Assembly: GCA_951406725.2 (NCBI GenBank)
Contig: OX597830.1
Location: forward strand, 9,114,001 to 9,178,000
Direction of reading: 5' to 3'
Length of the DNA stretch: 64,000 bases
From: Octopus vulgaris
Taxonomy: Eukaryota
Below, piece after piece: positions 40,970 to 58,075 of this stretch. Below the pieces are notes generated by a model. The model was not told the origin of the DNA and did no database searches. It worked only from the letters and a program-made list of their open reading frames with translations. The position numbers and the translations under genes were made by a program. The stretch's first letter is position 1; every line of letters begins with the position of its first letter.

Positions 40970-42151
40970 TTCTCTTACTATATTCTCATCATCGTACAGT
41001 GAGTGGTTGTGCTAATCAGTGGAACGACCATAATAAAAACAGACAAGAGGCGATAAGCAGTGATGTGCTTAAATATAAACTTATAACCAGTTCAAATATG
41101 ATTGAGACATATTTGTACCCGCACGAAAGCCAGTCCTCCTATTTTTGTTATGGAAAAAACAGAGGGAAAACGTAAAGCCTAAAAGTATTATGCTTTTTGC
41201 CTTTTTTTGTGGTATTTATTTCGTACCGCGTTAGAGACACTCCCTTGTCATTTTTGTTATCAAAAATTAAGTAAACGAAGAATTGGTGTTTGAAACACAC
41301 CAAGTCATTTCGAAGCGACTACCCGGACTGATTTATTACATTAAAATAAAAACAAAGCAAATTTCTCACTTGTATATTTGCTATTGCTTTTCTAAACTTT
41401 TATTAGCATAATTATATTTTTTTTCTATCGGAAATCTATCTCTGCGAAATTTCATTAAAAAAAGATTTTTTTTCAGTAAGTTATCATTGCCTGCCACCAA
41501 GCCTCGTATGTGCTCGCATTCTGCATCTCTTGTATTAATCGTCTCTGGATTTCTCTTTTATTCTCCTTACCCCTGTCTCTAAATGATTTCAAGCGTTACT
41601 GGAGAAACAAACCAACCAACTAACCAATATTTCTATCAGCTGTTTTCATATAAAAATGAGGTGTATTAGTATTTATGGATGTTGGAGGGATGTTTTATAT
41701 ATATATTTTACCGAAGTGTATCGACGAAGGATGTAAACACCGTTAAGAAAACAGAGGAAAAAAAGAAAACCCTAAAACTAAGATGCTTGCTGCCGCTGTT
41801 TTATATTCTTTTGATATTTATTCTGTACCGAGTGAAAGACACTCCCTTGTCATTTTTGTCATTTTTGTCATCAGAAATGCAGTAAACGAAGAATTGGTCT
41901 TTGAAAGTCAGCATTAATCAAGGAAACTGTAGTTTACCACTTGAGATGTATGGAACAATACCCGAAACGGGAATCAAAACTATATCGCAAGCACTACTTT
42001 ACAATGTACGAGGGGTGTATGAAAAGTTTCGAGCCCTCAAGGCCTTTAAGCCTTGTACCTTCATCAAAAGTCCTGTACCATGTTTTATTTTTTTGAGGTT
42101 CAAGACTTTCCATACACCCACTCCGTAGGGAGTTATTTAATGTTTACTTAC

Positions 42152-42205
42152 CATTGAATCATCTTCCTTGTCGGCTCTGGTTGTCGTGGGGAAAAACTGT
42201 GCTTC
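42152..42205 (-). CDS. 54-nt symmetric coding exon of minus-strand gene
   Basis: Pyrimidine tract...gtgaag|, reads EAQFFPTTTRADKEDDSM, then |gtaagt. Phase 0/0 matches both neighbours. Confidence 0.6.
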
Positions 42206-43401
42206 CTTCACGTAGAATATAATGGGGAAAAAAAGCAACAAAAACAAAACACTTTTAGTTCAATACGATTGATAAAACAAACCAAAAGGGAAAACAAAAT
42301 TCTCTATTGTCAAAAACTATGGATCTGAACTAGTTCTTTGATTTGAATTCGAAAATGACATCCATTAAGTACTTTTGTTGTCAATAATAGGCCTTTTAGT
42401 GTGAAATGCAGATTGTATGATGCTTGTATAAGAAATGGCTACGCTCCATGTGAAGACTGGAGAGGAATTAACAAAGTAGAGTAAATGTTTAAAAATTTAA
42501 AATTTATCCGTTTCACATTAATCCCCTACATATAAAACTAAAAATAAATTTAAAATTACAAAAATACTTTTATAATTTACTACACCCACCATAGAAATCT
42601 CTTCTTTCCCATATTCTCACAAATTGTGTACAGAGAAAAAAAATCTAAATGTAGATTTATTAAATTGCTGTGAACATATTCCGAACAGAAAAGCAATGAA
42701 ACCCTAAGCATTAAAATGATGACTGTTCTGTTCTTGAAATAGTTAAAAAAAAAAAATTTAAAGATTATTGCACGTAGGGAGTTAAATCAGTAGTTTAGTA
42801 AGTAAATATAGTACATAGATAGACAGGATGTGTCCTCTCTGTACTAGATTGTTCTATATATTATGTTTGGACAACTTTACAAACCAGCAACGAGTCATAT
42901 TGTTTTAAAAGAAAATGCTTAGTTCTAGATGAATCAGACTTGTGATTAAAGGCCTTCCAGCCATGACCATCTAGTTTGTCCAGACAATTTATCTTGGACA
43001 ACATTACCAAGTATTTCATCGTTTTTTTTTTCAGTAAAACAACTTATGAGCAACAAGGTATAACATACAAACACATTAAAATTGGTTTTTCGTCAAAACC
43101 CAAATGTTTTCTTAAAATTCTACAGAAATGTTAGCAAAAATTTCTACAGACGAATTATATCATTGTGTCATTGTGTTTATCTCCCCGCCACCGCTTGACA
43201 AACCCTGTTAGTTTGTTTATGTCCCCTTGACTTAGAAGTTCGGCATACCCCCCCCCTAAAAAAAGGTACCAAACTAAGAAATAAGTACCAGTGTAAATTG
43301 TTTCGATGATATCTCCCAACACACACTCCAGCATGGCCGAAGTCCAATGACTGACACAGATAAAAGATAAAAGGGTATGAGTGCGTGCGTGCGTGCGTGC
43401 G

Positions 43402-43439
<38 letters not shown>

Positions 43440-43617
43440 TGCAAGATATCAGTTGTGTTCAGACCTGTAGAGTGTTGGGCCACGTTGTAATTATGACACG
43501 TTGTAATTATGATGCCGTCCCTAGTGATTCCTTTAGGGGTTGAGGACCCGTGGATGGAAGATGAGAGTACTGTATTTACAAGCAATATAATGTACCTGCA
43601 CGCACGCACGCACATTC

Positions 43618-43752
43618 GTATTCTTTCTAAGCCTAGTACTTATTCTATCGATCTCTTTTGCCGAGCCGCTAAGGTACGGGAACATAGACACACCAGCATC
43701 AGCTGTCAAGCAATGACATAAACACACACAAACACACACACACACACACACA

Positions 43753-43842
<90 letters not shown>

Positions 43843-44006
43843 CGACAGGCTTCTTTCAGTTTCCATCTACCAAATCCTCTCACAAGGCTTTGGTCGGCTC
43901 GAGGTTTTAGTAGAAGACATTTGCCCAAGGTGCCATGCAGTTGGACTGAATCCGGAACCATGTGGTCGGGAAGCAAGCTTCTTACCACACAGCCACGCCT
44001 GCGCCT
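43618..44006 (-). mobile_element. SINE family A with expanded (CA)n
   Basis: Collinear with 2794-3217. Confidence 0.8.
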
Positions 44007-44618
44007 ATATATTAATTTCAAATTTTGGTTAAAAACCAGCAGTTTCTGAGGAGAGGTTAAGTCAATTATATCGACGCCAGTGCTTAATTGGAAATCGAAA
44101 AATCGACTTCAGTGGAATTCGAGCTCAGAACGTAAAGACGGACGAAATACTGCTAAGCCTTTTTCTTGGGGCAGTAGCAGCCCAAAGGGAGAGTTAAAAC
44201 TTTACTAACAGTAAATCCTAGGTTTCCAAACTGCCTTATTGCACCTCATTAAGCATCATGTCACACTTCTCCGAGATTTAGGGATTTCATTTACATTTAT
44301 TTACCGGAAAAAAAATTGGGAAGAAAAAGAGGTGACCCCTTATGTGTGGGCCTTAGAGTATGGTTTGATTTTCTCAGGGGTCAGTTTGGTGAAATTGAGG
44401 AAGTTGATCCCTAGGTTAAACAATTAATGTTCAGTATATTTTTGGCAAAATTATTAATGGAGATAAAGGGACAGTTTCGTAGGGATGCGCTCATGAGGGT
44501 AGGGTGGAGGGGCATTTTGTAGGTGGGGGTGAGGCTTGTGTTTAGTAAAGTGGAATGAGACAGCGTCTAGTGAGGTGAAGTGTTTAGTGAGGGCGACAGC
44601 AGTGATGGTGGTGGTGGC

Positions 44619-44672
<54 letters not shown>

Positions 44673-44911
44673 GATGATGGTGATGATGACGATGATGCTG
44701 ATGATAAGGATGATTGTAATGGATCGTAAAGGATGATGATAGTGACGGTTCTGGTGGAGATGGTACTGGTGATGGTGATGGTGATGTTGCTCTTGATGGT
44801 AGTGATGGTTGTGGTGGTGTCGGTGCTCTTAATGCTAGTGATGGTGCTGATGGTAGTGCTGGCGGCAGTGGGGACAGTATTAGCAGTGATGGCGGTGCTG
44901 ACTGTATTTAC

Positions 44912-45025
44912 CTTAGCAGCCGTTTCGCGTTGCGAAACAATCCTCTCAGCCAAAGTCCTTCCATCAGACTTCACCTTTTCTTTCTTACGATGCCGGAGTT
45001 TCCTCGTATTTGAAGTGTCCGTCAT
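44912..45025 (-). CDS. First coding segment of minus-strand gene (exon 45205-44912)
   Basis: First ATG after an in-frame TGA; MTDTSNTRKLRHRKKEKVKSDGRTLAERIVSQRETAAK, then AAG|gtaaat (phase 0); acceptor ttctatag| at 45206. Confidence 0.6.
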
Positions 45026-45250
45026 AAGTCTAATGTATGTCGTCTGCTGCTGTGATTCGCTGTGTGGCCTGTCTGTGGTCAGCTGGTGTCCTCAGCTGAC
45101 CTCTACCAACTTCTCAGAGTGAGTGGTCAATCTGTTAGTTCCACAGGATAACAAAAGACACCTTTCTTGCCTTCAAAACAAACCATCGATCTTATGTGGC
45201 TGCACCTATAGAATAGTAGTAGTAGCATTAGTAATAGTAGTGGTGTTGGA

Positions 45251-45281
<31 letters not shown>

Positions 45282-45384
45282 TTGGTGTTGGTAGTAGTAG
45301 TAGTAGTAGTAGAAGTAGTAGTAGTGGTGGTGGTGTTGGTAGCAGGAGCGGATTAATTACCTTAATTAAATTTATTTCACAGAT

Positions 45385-45459
<75 letters not shown>

Positions 45460-45789
45460 GTATATTTATTAATTAATTATTTTATTATTCTAGTTTATTT
45501 TTAACCTGATGAGTGGCTATATTTATATCGAAGTGATTTTACTACTACTATAATCATTTCTGATTATAGTAGTTGGTTGTAATTTACTTATTGAATTTAT
45601 TTACCGATACGGTTGTACATAGTGTAAATGTGTTACAAAGTTTGCCTTCTTTGGTATGTTTGTTCCCAAGTAACACTTCCTTTAGTGCTGTTGACACCGC
45701 CAGATTGAATGGTACTACCCAGGTGTCAAAACCATAATGATATCCGTGGGGAGGCTGATGATGGGGTATGCTGGATTTTTGGTATGGTC

Positions 45790-47165
45790 AAGTCAGCAAT
45801 CCAACTGACTTCTTTACCACTGCAGATATAAAATCAGAGGCAGCGATGATTGATTATATCAATATAAAGGAAGACGATGTAATAAAGGCTATAGATGAAA
45901 TGAAAACAAACTCAGCTACTGGCCCCGATGGATTCCCAGCAATCCTTCTAAAAGTATGTAAGAGAGTCCTAGCAAGATCACTGCAGTTCCTCTTTCAGAG
46001 CTTCCTTGCAACTGGCAAACTTCCAAGAAAACTGAAGTAAGGTAAAATATGCCTTATTCATAAAGGAGGTAGCAGAGCGGAGGCCAAGAACTACAGACCT
46101 ATCTCTCTGACCTCACACATCAGCAAGGTCATGAAACGAATAGTCAGAAGGAAACTAATCACCTTCCTTGAAGAAAATGACTTGCTGCCTGACACCCAAC
46201 ATGGTTTCCGACCAGGAAGAAGCTGCCTAACTCAGCTCCTACAACACTATGATTGGGTGCTGAAACGACTGCTCAACCACTCAAATGTGGAAGTCATATA
46301 TCTCGACTTTGCAAAGGCCTTTGATAAAGTCGATCATGGAATGATATATCACAAATTGCGTGATCTTGGCATAGTTGGAAAATTGGGAGAATGGCTTCAT
46401 GACTTTCTGAAGGATAGAAGCCAGGTGGTAGTAGCCAATGGGGCCACTTCCATTAACACGCAAATAGTGAGCGGTGTTCCACAAGGCACTGTTTTGGGAC
46501 CAGTACTGTTCATAATGGCCCTCTCAGACATGCCCTCAGCCACGCAGAGAGCTACGATCACAAGTTATGCAGATGATACAAAAGTTTCACAGGCAGTACA
46601 GAACCCTGAAGACACTATGCACCTGCAATGTGAGCTGGACAAAATATACAAGTGGGCTGAAAAGAATAGCATGCAGTTCAATGCTGAAAAGTTTCAAGCT
46701 TTATGCTATCAGCATGCAAAACTAAATGCAATACCTAATAAATACACTGGACCTGGAGGGATTGCAATCCCAGAGGCACAATCAGTGCGAGACCTGGGTA
46801 TTTACATGAGTGATGATGCAACCTTTCATGTGCATGTTGCTAAATTGGCAATGAAATGTAGGCGGCTGACCGGATGGATTCTTAGAACCTTTAGAACAAG
46901 AGACCAGGAAACCATGACGGTCCTCTGGAGGACACTTGTCCTAAGCCACTTTGACTATTGCTCTCAGCTATGGTCACCATCCAGTGTCAAGTTAATCACA
47001 GAACTTGAGGCGATCCAACGAAGCTACACGAAGAAGATAGCCTCTGTGCAGCATATAAGCTACTGGGAAAGACTCAAGAGATTAAGACTCTATTCCTTAG
47101 AGCGTAGGCGAGAAAGATATGCCATAATATACATCTGGAAGATCCTAGAAGGACTTGTCCCAAAC
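45790..47165 (+). mobile_element. CR1/L2-group LINE reverse transcriptase fragment
   Basis: ATGPDG, NYRPISLTS, QHGFRPGRSC, YLDFAKAFDKVDH, SGVPQGTVLGP, YADD; one in-frame TAA at 46038-46040; truncated at both ends. Confidence 0.95.
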
Positions 47166-47230
47166 GGTGTATGTGTATTTTGTTTCATATTTATATTTGC
47201 ATTTGTATATTTTTATAATTGTACTTTATA

Positions 47231-47246
47231 ATCTCTGACGAGGCCT

Positions 47247-47305
<59 letters not shown>

Positions 47306-47396
47306 ACTCATTTTTAACTGCATATTACCCCAATACATCTGACTAATATAGGCACAATGAGATACTTTTATCTACAGGCTGAAACAGCTGTAAGAT
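47231..47396 (+). ncRNA. Type I hammerhead ribozyme motif with large loop II containing (TA)n
   Basis: ATCT-CTGACGA-GGCCT-[loop]-AGGCT-GAAAC-AGCT-GTA-AGAT; all three stems pair; palindromic ACAGCTGT. Confidence 0.75.
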
Positions 47397-47741
47397 ACAT
47401 TTTATGTGTATTATTTTTATGGTATTATCTTACTTACTGATGTATATTGTTTTATTCTGTTGGATTTGGATGTTTCTACTTAAGTAGTTAATAAATAATA
47501 TGAATTGGTAATATCTGTAAGTCGATGACTGAAAGGAATCTGTTCCTCCATTTTCTTATTTGTATTATGAATTTGAGGTAAAATATTTTACCTTCGCCCA
47601 TCTAATACAATAAATGAATTAATTGCATTGCAATTATAAGCATTTATGTATTTTCCTTTTGGGTACTTTACCAGCAGTATATTGGATAAATGATATCCCA
47701 TAGTGGGTTACACTCATAATCCCTATCTCACTTTGTACTTT

Positions 47742-47814
<73 letters not shown>

Positions 47815-47818
<4 letters not shown>

Positions 47819-48534
47819 AAAGGGAGGAATGAAGTGTTTAGAGGAGAAGCGGGAGTGGCATTTGCTGTTAAGACTACTCTTGTGGACAAGTTGGAAGAAT
47901 TCCCAGTCGGATTAATGAGCATCTTATGTCCATGAGAATTCCTTTGGTTAAACGAAATTATGTGACCTTGGTGAGTGTGTATGCTCCTACTATGCGCTAT
48001 ACTGATGACGAAAAAATTTCTTTCTATCATGCTTTGAAGGGCATTATAAGAAATATCCCTCGGGCAGACAAAGTCATCGTACTGGGTGACTTTAATGCTA
48101 GAGTGGGTAGGGATTTTAACACATTGACTGTAATTGGAAAGCATGGGGTGGGAAAGTGTAATAGTAATGGCATGCTTTTGCTGCAGATGTGTGAGGAGCT
48201 GCGTCTGTGTGTTACCAATACCATGTTTCAATAAAAGAATAAGTTTAAGACCACATGGATGCACCCTGCATCTAAAGAATGGCATATTCTGGATTACATC
48301 CTTGTTAGGATGCGTGACAGACAAGATATGCAGTGTGTTCGTGTTCTTCGTGGAGCTGAGTGTTGGACTGACCACCGCCTAGTACGTGCAAAAGTGAAAT
48401 TAGTTACAAAACATAAAATCCGAGCTGCAGGGATGACCCTGCCTAAAAGACTGAATGTTGATCGTCTTAGGTGTAATAGTGTGAAGAGAAATTTACGAGA
48501 GGAAATGAATGCTGCAGATATTGGGGAGGATTGG
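47815..48534 (+). mobile_element. RTE-clade LINE AP-endonuclease fragment
   Basis: GVAFAVK, VSVYAPT, LGDFNARVG, TWMHP..K.WHILDYILV, WTDHRLV; in-frame stop at 48232-48234. Confidence 0.92.
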
Positions 48535-48602
48535 CCTAGAATCGAACTCGGAATCTTGAGGTTAGTAGCCCGCGCTCTTAAACACTACACCATTTGCCCG
48601 TG
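48535..48602 (-). mobile_element. tRNA-like SINE head fragment
   Basis: On -, tggtgtagtgtttaagagcgcgggctactaacctcaagattccgagttcgattct has A and B boxes; acceptor stem not intact. Confidence 0.55.
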
Positions 48603-48605
48603 CGC

Positions 48606-48607
<2 letters not shown>

Positions 48608-48636
<29 letters not shown>

Positions 48637-48644
48637 AATAATAA

Positions 48645-48722
<78 letters not shown>

Positions 48723-48765
48723 AATAATAATAATAATGATAATAATGATAATAATAATAATATTG

Positions 48766-48841
<76 letters not shown>

Positions 48842-48888
48842 TAATAATAATAATAATAATAATTATAATGATAATAATAATAATAATG

Positions 48889-48927
<39 letters not shown>
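48608..48927. repeat. (ATA)n/(ATG)n trinucleotide tract
   Basis: Directly visible. Confidence 0.97.
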
Positions 48928-48974
48928 TCGAAAAATACCTTAGGAATGAGAACCCAGGTTCGAAATTTCCCCAA

Positions 48975-49020
48975 GACATCTGATGAAGGCTGGAGGGTAT
49001 ATCAGCCGAAACATTGTGTT
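48975..49020 (+). ncRNA. Hammerhead-like motif in a short element
   Basis: GACAT-CTGATGA-A-GGCTG-loop-CAGCC-GAAAC-ATT-GTGTT; stem III mutated. Confidence 0.5.
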
Positions 49021-49078
49021 AACAACAAACAAGATGAGGGAAAATATCCGTCAAATGTAAATAATGTAAATACACACA

Positions 49079-49155
<77 letters not shown>

Positions 49156-49209
49156 CCACACACACACACACACACACATATATATTGGACAACCGATTGA
49201 ATTTCAAAA

Positions 49210-49747
49210 AAGATCTCTCCGATCCAACCTCACCCGTGCTGAGTCGATTGCCCTTCACAACCTCCGTCGCCGCCACTACATTGTCATCAAACCAGCAGAC
49301 AAAGGCGGAGCAGTGCTGATGTGGGGCGCGGACCTATAGAGAAAGGAAGCGCTCAGCCAACTTCAAAATCCCGTCTTCTATTGCCACCTCCACTCCGACC
49401 CTACCTCCTCCTACCAATAGCGAGTGTCCTCCACCATCCATGACCTCATCTCCAAATTCTGTCCTCCCCCCACCACCAACCTCATCGACCGAACACCCCG
49501 GACCTCCATCATCTATTTCCTTCCCAAAATAGCATTCAATATGTGACCGCGTGTTTATCGTTGGCGATTTTTCCCCCTCCATCTTCCCTTCCTTGGATCT
49601 TTCCTTTTTCTATGTTTCTAACGAAGAGCTCCGCTCGAAACGTTAAATCACCCTTGTTTCTTTCCTTTCCGGAGCGTCCAATAATACTATACTTGTTCTA
49701 TGTCCTCGCGGTTGTTGTGTTTTCTCTTTGTGACTTCATGTTTGGAT

Positions 49748-49752
<5 letters not shown>
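49210..49752 (+). mobile_element. Penelope-like element: RT N-terminal fragment joined to a hammerhead-bearing terminal repeat
   Basis: IVIKPADKGGAV and IYFLPKI motifs with frameshifts, followed by gtttCTAACGAAGAGCTCCGCTCGAAACGTTaaat and (TA)n. Confidence 0.8.
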
Positions 49753-49802
<50 letters not shown>

Positions 49803-50563
49803 GAGATCTTGTTGGATTCGGTACCTACATTGAGTCACCTTGCTAGGTTGCTATAGTCCACACACCCGATCGATTTTATTTGAATACTGAATATCAAGAT
49901 TCCATGTAGGGGTATTTGCACCCAATATTCCTGTCGTATCGCCGAGGTCGACTTTGCCTTTCATCCTTTTATGGTCGATTAAATAAGTACCAGTTTCGCA
50001 GTGGGGTCGAGGTAATTGACTTAATCCCTTTGTCTGTCCTTGTTTGTCCCCTCTGTGTTTAGTCCTCTGTGGACAATAAAGAAATATATATTCCTGTCGT
50101 GTGTGCAGACAACGCAACCCAGCTAGATGAAAATATCCGCTCTTCGTAATTCAAACATGTATTTTTTATAAAGGCACTTTCTGTAGTATTTCCGAAGAGC
50201 AGATTACAGGTTAGGAATACATACATACATATGCATACATACATGCATACATACGTCCATACATACATAAACACACACACACGTTATATATATATATATA
50301 TATATATATGTTTGTGTGCTTTTGTGTTTATGTTGCCCTCACTCCTTACATCCTTGACAACCGATGTTGATATGTTTACGTCCACGTAACTTAGCGGTGC
50401 CGCAAAATATACCGATAGAATAAGTACAAGGCTTACAAAGAATAAGTTTTGGGGTCGATTTCTCCGACTAAAGAACCCTTTAAGGCCGCAGTCATATGAC
50501 TGATACAAGTAAAAGAATAATGGAATATATATATATATATATTATATATATATATATATATAA

Positions 50564-50612
<49 letters not shown>

Positions 50613-50618
50613 TATAAA

Positions 50619-52937
<2,319 letters not shown>

Positions 52938-54672
52938 CTAGCTGAAGGTGACCCGCTCTACGCGCGGGTAAGAGTGTGGTTGTTACTTTCTGTTGCTTCC
53001 TTTCAGCACGTAAAAAGCACCATCCGAACGTGGCCGATTGCAGCGCCGCCTTGACTGGCTTCTGTGGCAGTGGCACGTAAAAAGCACCAACCGATCATTG
53101 CCGCTGCGAGCCCCCCTGGCACCTGTGCCGGCGGCACGAAAAAAGCACCCACTACACTCACAGAGTGGTTGGCGTTAGGAAGGTCATCCACCTGTAGAAA
53201 CACTGCCAGATCAGACTGGAGCCTGGTGCAGCCTCCTGGCTTCCCAGACCCCGGTCAAACTGTCCAACCCGTGCTAGCTCGGAAAACGGACGTTAAACGA
53301 TGATGATGATGATGATTCTCCGTATTTGCTTCTCTCTCCTTTCTCTCACTTTCCCACTCTCTTACTTTTCTTTTCTCTCGGACTCTCCCTCACTTTCTCT
53401 TACTCTCTATCTTTATCTATCTCTCTCCCATTTATAAACAACAAAAGATCTTGAGTAAGTTGAGAAATAAAATATTTAGAAAGAACAATCATAAATATCA
53501 GGCAGCGGCAACGGAAAGGTCTGCTTGAAGGCAGACAGCAAAACGCTAACATTTAAAAGGGACAGACGAACTTGCGAGCTGAATAAAAATAATAAAATAT
53601 TGGAAAGAAAAGTTTGAAGGGATAGAATCTGAGGATAGTAGAGTCACCATGGCTGGTATTTCTTAACAACGGACAGCAACGTATTGACAGTTTAACGGCT
53701 GGCGTAAAATTTTGAACTTGATGTAAAAGAAAATTCGTAAACACCAAGTTTTGAAGTGATTCTTTCTCAGGACAGTAGATTCACCATGGCAAGCATTCAA
53801 AACCTCTTCATCATGGACGGCAACACATTGAAGATTAAAAGGCTGGCGCCAATTTTTTAGCTTGATGTAACAGAATTCCTAAACACTCGCTCCTTTAAAT
53901 TTTAATCCCCTTCCAGCCCCATTTATACCCCTTTTTCACTTTTTGGTTAATATAACCCGATTTCATTCGGGCCGCAGCTCCGACAGCGATAAAGAAAATG
54001 AATTGGCACCTGAATGGAGTGAAAATTGAAAAACTGTTTCTTTCGGTGATTTTTCTGAAGAAACTGGACCAAGCCACAGACTTTTCCAGGAGAGTAAAGC
54101 CTTAGACTATTTCTTTTTACTTTTTCGAATGAGCCTATTTGAAATCATTTCGGCGGAAACGACTCGTTACGCTGAATGTAAACAAAGCGAAAGAAAGGAT
54201 AGTTAGTGGTTTCCCACAACCTTAAATGAAATTAAGACTATTTTGTCATAAATATTATTATGGGTATCAGAAAGTTACCCAGAATAACAAATTCTATCGT
54301 AAAATTTTGTTGTATACCCAATTGAATATTATCTAATAACGCATTTTCTATAGCGATGTTTGAACAAAATTTTAATAATTTTATATTTTGTTGAATTTAT
54401 CTGTATCTACCTGCAATTAGAGTCACTTTGTGACAAAAATTATAGTATAGAATTGGTTGAGAACATTTCATTAAATTATCTTCCAAAAATCAAATTAATA
54501 TATTGATAAATAAAAAAAGTTATAGTTGTTTAATGAAACCAGACTAACTTTATGATTATGTTAGAAATTAATTGAAACACATAAGGGGTGTATTTTGTTC
54601 AGAAATATAGTAACGAAAGGGTTAAGAGGTGTGCATATTTTCAGCTGAACCGACCGACCACATAATGCACAC

Positions 54673-55830
<1,158 letters not shown>

Positions 55831-55920
55831 CGCATTATATATACAAATTATATATATACATGTATAAATTAAATTAGAGATAAAACCACTAATAGGCAAA
55901 AAACAAAAAACAAAAACAAA

Positions 55921-55993
<73 letters not shown>

Positions 55994-56790
55994 ACGCATT
56001 ATATATACAAATTATATATATATATGTATAAATTGAATTAGAGATAAAACCACTAATAGGCAAAAAAACCAAAAACAAAAACATAAAAATAAAAATATAA
56101 TATAGAAAATATATAAAATTGAAAAATTTAAATTATTTAAATTTAAAATAAAAATTATTAAATTATATTTATAATTTAAAAAAAAATATATATAACTATC
56201 AAAAAGTATTAAAAAGTTTAATATACATAAATACAGATATATACACTTTGTATATATACATTATATATACATATTTATATATCGAACACACACCCACATA
56301 TATATAAATGAACGCAATGAATATCTGATTCATAATATTTGTTCTCATGATTGTGTGTTGTTGGTGGCGATGATAATTCTCCCTATGAACGCAGACAGAT
56401 ACATCAAAGAACGCCGTCTGACGAACTTATAAAGTGAAAGGGAGTTGAGGGGAATACATTAAATAACGAGAGTGGAATTAAATAACGAGAGTCAAAGTTA
56501 TACATGAAGAGGAGTAAGAGGGGAATGGAGGAAATAGCGTGAGTGAGGAAGATGGCCCCTAGCAACCACACCTTTTAAGATAGGGATTTCTAAGGTAGCC
56601 CACGGGCATCGTCACCTCATTCTACATGGAGCGAATCGGACGGGATGTAGTGGCATTGAAAGCGATCCAAGCGGTAAAAACGCATTTCAGTTTTATATAT
56701 ATACACGCACACCATTATAAAGTCATTATTTAATGATTTATGAGTGGCCAACATACTAATAATACCATAATAATTCATTTATATTTTTTA

Positions 56791-57012
56791 TTTCTTTATT
56801 GCCCACAAGGGGCTAAACATAGAGGGGACAAACAAGGACAGACAAAGGGATTAAGTCGATTACATCGATCCCAGTTCGTAACTGGTACTTATTTAATCGA
56901 CCCCGAAAGGATGAAAGGCAAAGTCGAGCTCGGCGGAATTTGAACTCAGAATGTAGCGGCAGACGAAATACTGCTAAGCATTTCGCCCGGCCTGCTAACG
57001 ATTCTGCCACCT
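56791..57012 (-). mobile_element. SINE family C
   Basis: Reverse complement of the family C core. Confidence 0.85.
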
Positions 57013-57030
57013 TATATTAAATTATACTAA

Positions 57031-57852
57031 TTATAATAAGGATGTTGAGTGATTACAGCGACTATCTGCAAGAAATAGACGCCAAAAGGTTTATAAACCA
57101 CTTAAAATTATTACTCCAATACTGTAAGGTTGTAAGCGAGGGAAATTGACAGAGAGGATTTATAAAATTTTGAATAGAACTATTGTGATACTGGACTTAA
57201 ATTTTAAGTGGTAAGGCGGCGAGCTGGCAGAACCGTTAGCACGCCGGGCGAAATGAATAGCCGTATTTCGTCTGCCGTTGCGTTCTGAGTTCAAATTCCG
57301 CCGAAGTCGACTTAGCCTTTCATCCTTTCGGGGTCGATTAAATAAGTACTAGTTACGCACTGGAGTCGATATAATCGACTTGTCCTCTCTGTGTTTAGCC
57401 CCTTGTGGGTAGTAAAGAAATAGGTATTTCGTCTGCCGTTACGTTCTGAGTTCAAATTCCACCGAGGTCGACTTTGCTTTCATCCTTTCGGGGTCGATAA
57501 ATCAAGTACCAGTTACGTACTGGGGTCGATATAATCGATTTAATCCGTTTGACTGTCCTTGTTTGTCCCCTTCATGTTTAGCCTGTTGTGGGCAATAAAG
57601 AAATGGGTATTTCGTCTATCTTTATATTCTGAGTTCAAATTCCACCGAGGTCGACTTTGCCTTTCATCCTTTCGGGGTTGATAAATTAAATACCAGTTGC
57701 GCACCGGGGTCGATGTAATCGACTGGCTCCCTCACCCAAAATTTCGGGCCTTGTGCCTTGAATAGAAAAGATTAATTTTAAGTGGTTTATAGAGTTATTA
57801 GCGTCTATATCTAGCAGAAAGACGGTGTAATCATTGCTCGTCCTTATTATAA
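57031..57852. mobile_element. MITE with imperfect TIRs of about 78 bp containing a 3-unit SINE C (57212-57771, +)
   Basis: ttataataagga...aaaccacttaaaatt versus aattttaagtggttta...tccttattataa. Confidence 0.65.
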
Positions 57853-57902
57853 TATATATAAATATATATAATATTCCATAATATATATAAATATTTTATA
57901 TA

Positions 57903-58075
57903 TGTAAACGAAACGGATGCTGTCTAAATAAAAAAACAAAACAATTTGATATGAACAGTAAAACTTACTGCGACATTCCTGTAATTCTACTTTTAAAATT
58001 CTCGTTTCGTTCTTTTCTATTCTTTCCGTGGAAACGGCGAATTGTTCCAAGTTGTTTTTGTTGGTTTTTTTTTTG
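57903..58075 (-). other. Diverged duplicate of the 3' part of exon 60687-60469 plus adjacent intron
   Basis: Collinear with 60394-60560; retains the |gtaagt donor at 57968. Confidence 0.8.

Noticed and set aside
44567-44911. Thr/Ser-rich extension of ORF 45025-44567
   Set aside because: It lies after a good AAG|gtaaat donor and consists of decayed trinucleotide repeats, so it is most likely intronic.
45790-48534. A single intact LINE formed by the RT and endonuclease fragments
   Set aside because: The domain order is reversed, the fragments belong to different clades, and both have stops.
48259-49200. 313-aa ORF with poly-Ile/Met
   Set aside because: Chimera of an RTE fragment, a SINE head and (ATA)n/(CA)n tracts.
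56412-56450. CTGACGA-ACTT-ATA-AAGT-GAAA hammerhead-like core
   Set aside because: Stem II pairs, but there is no convincing stem I or stem III and cleavage triplet.
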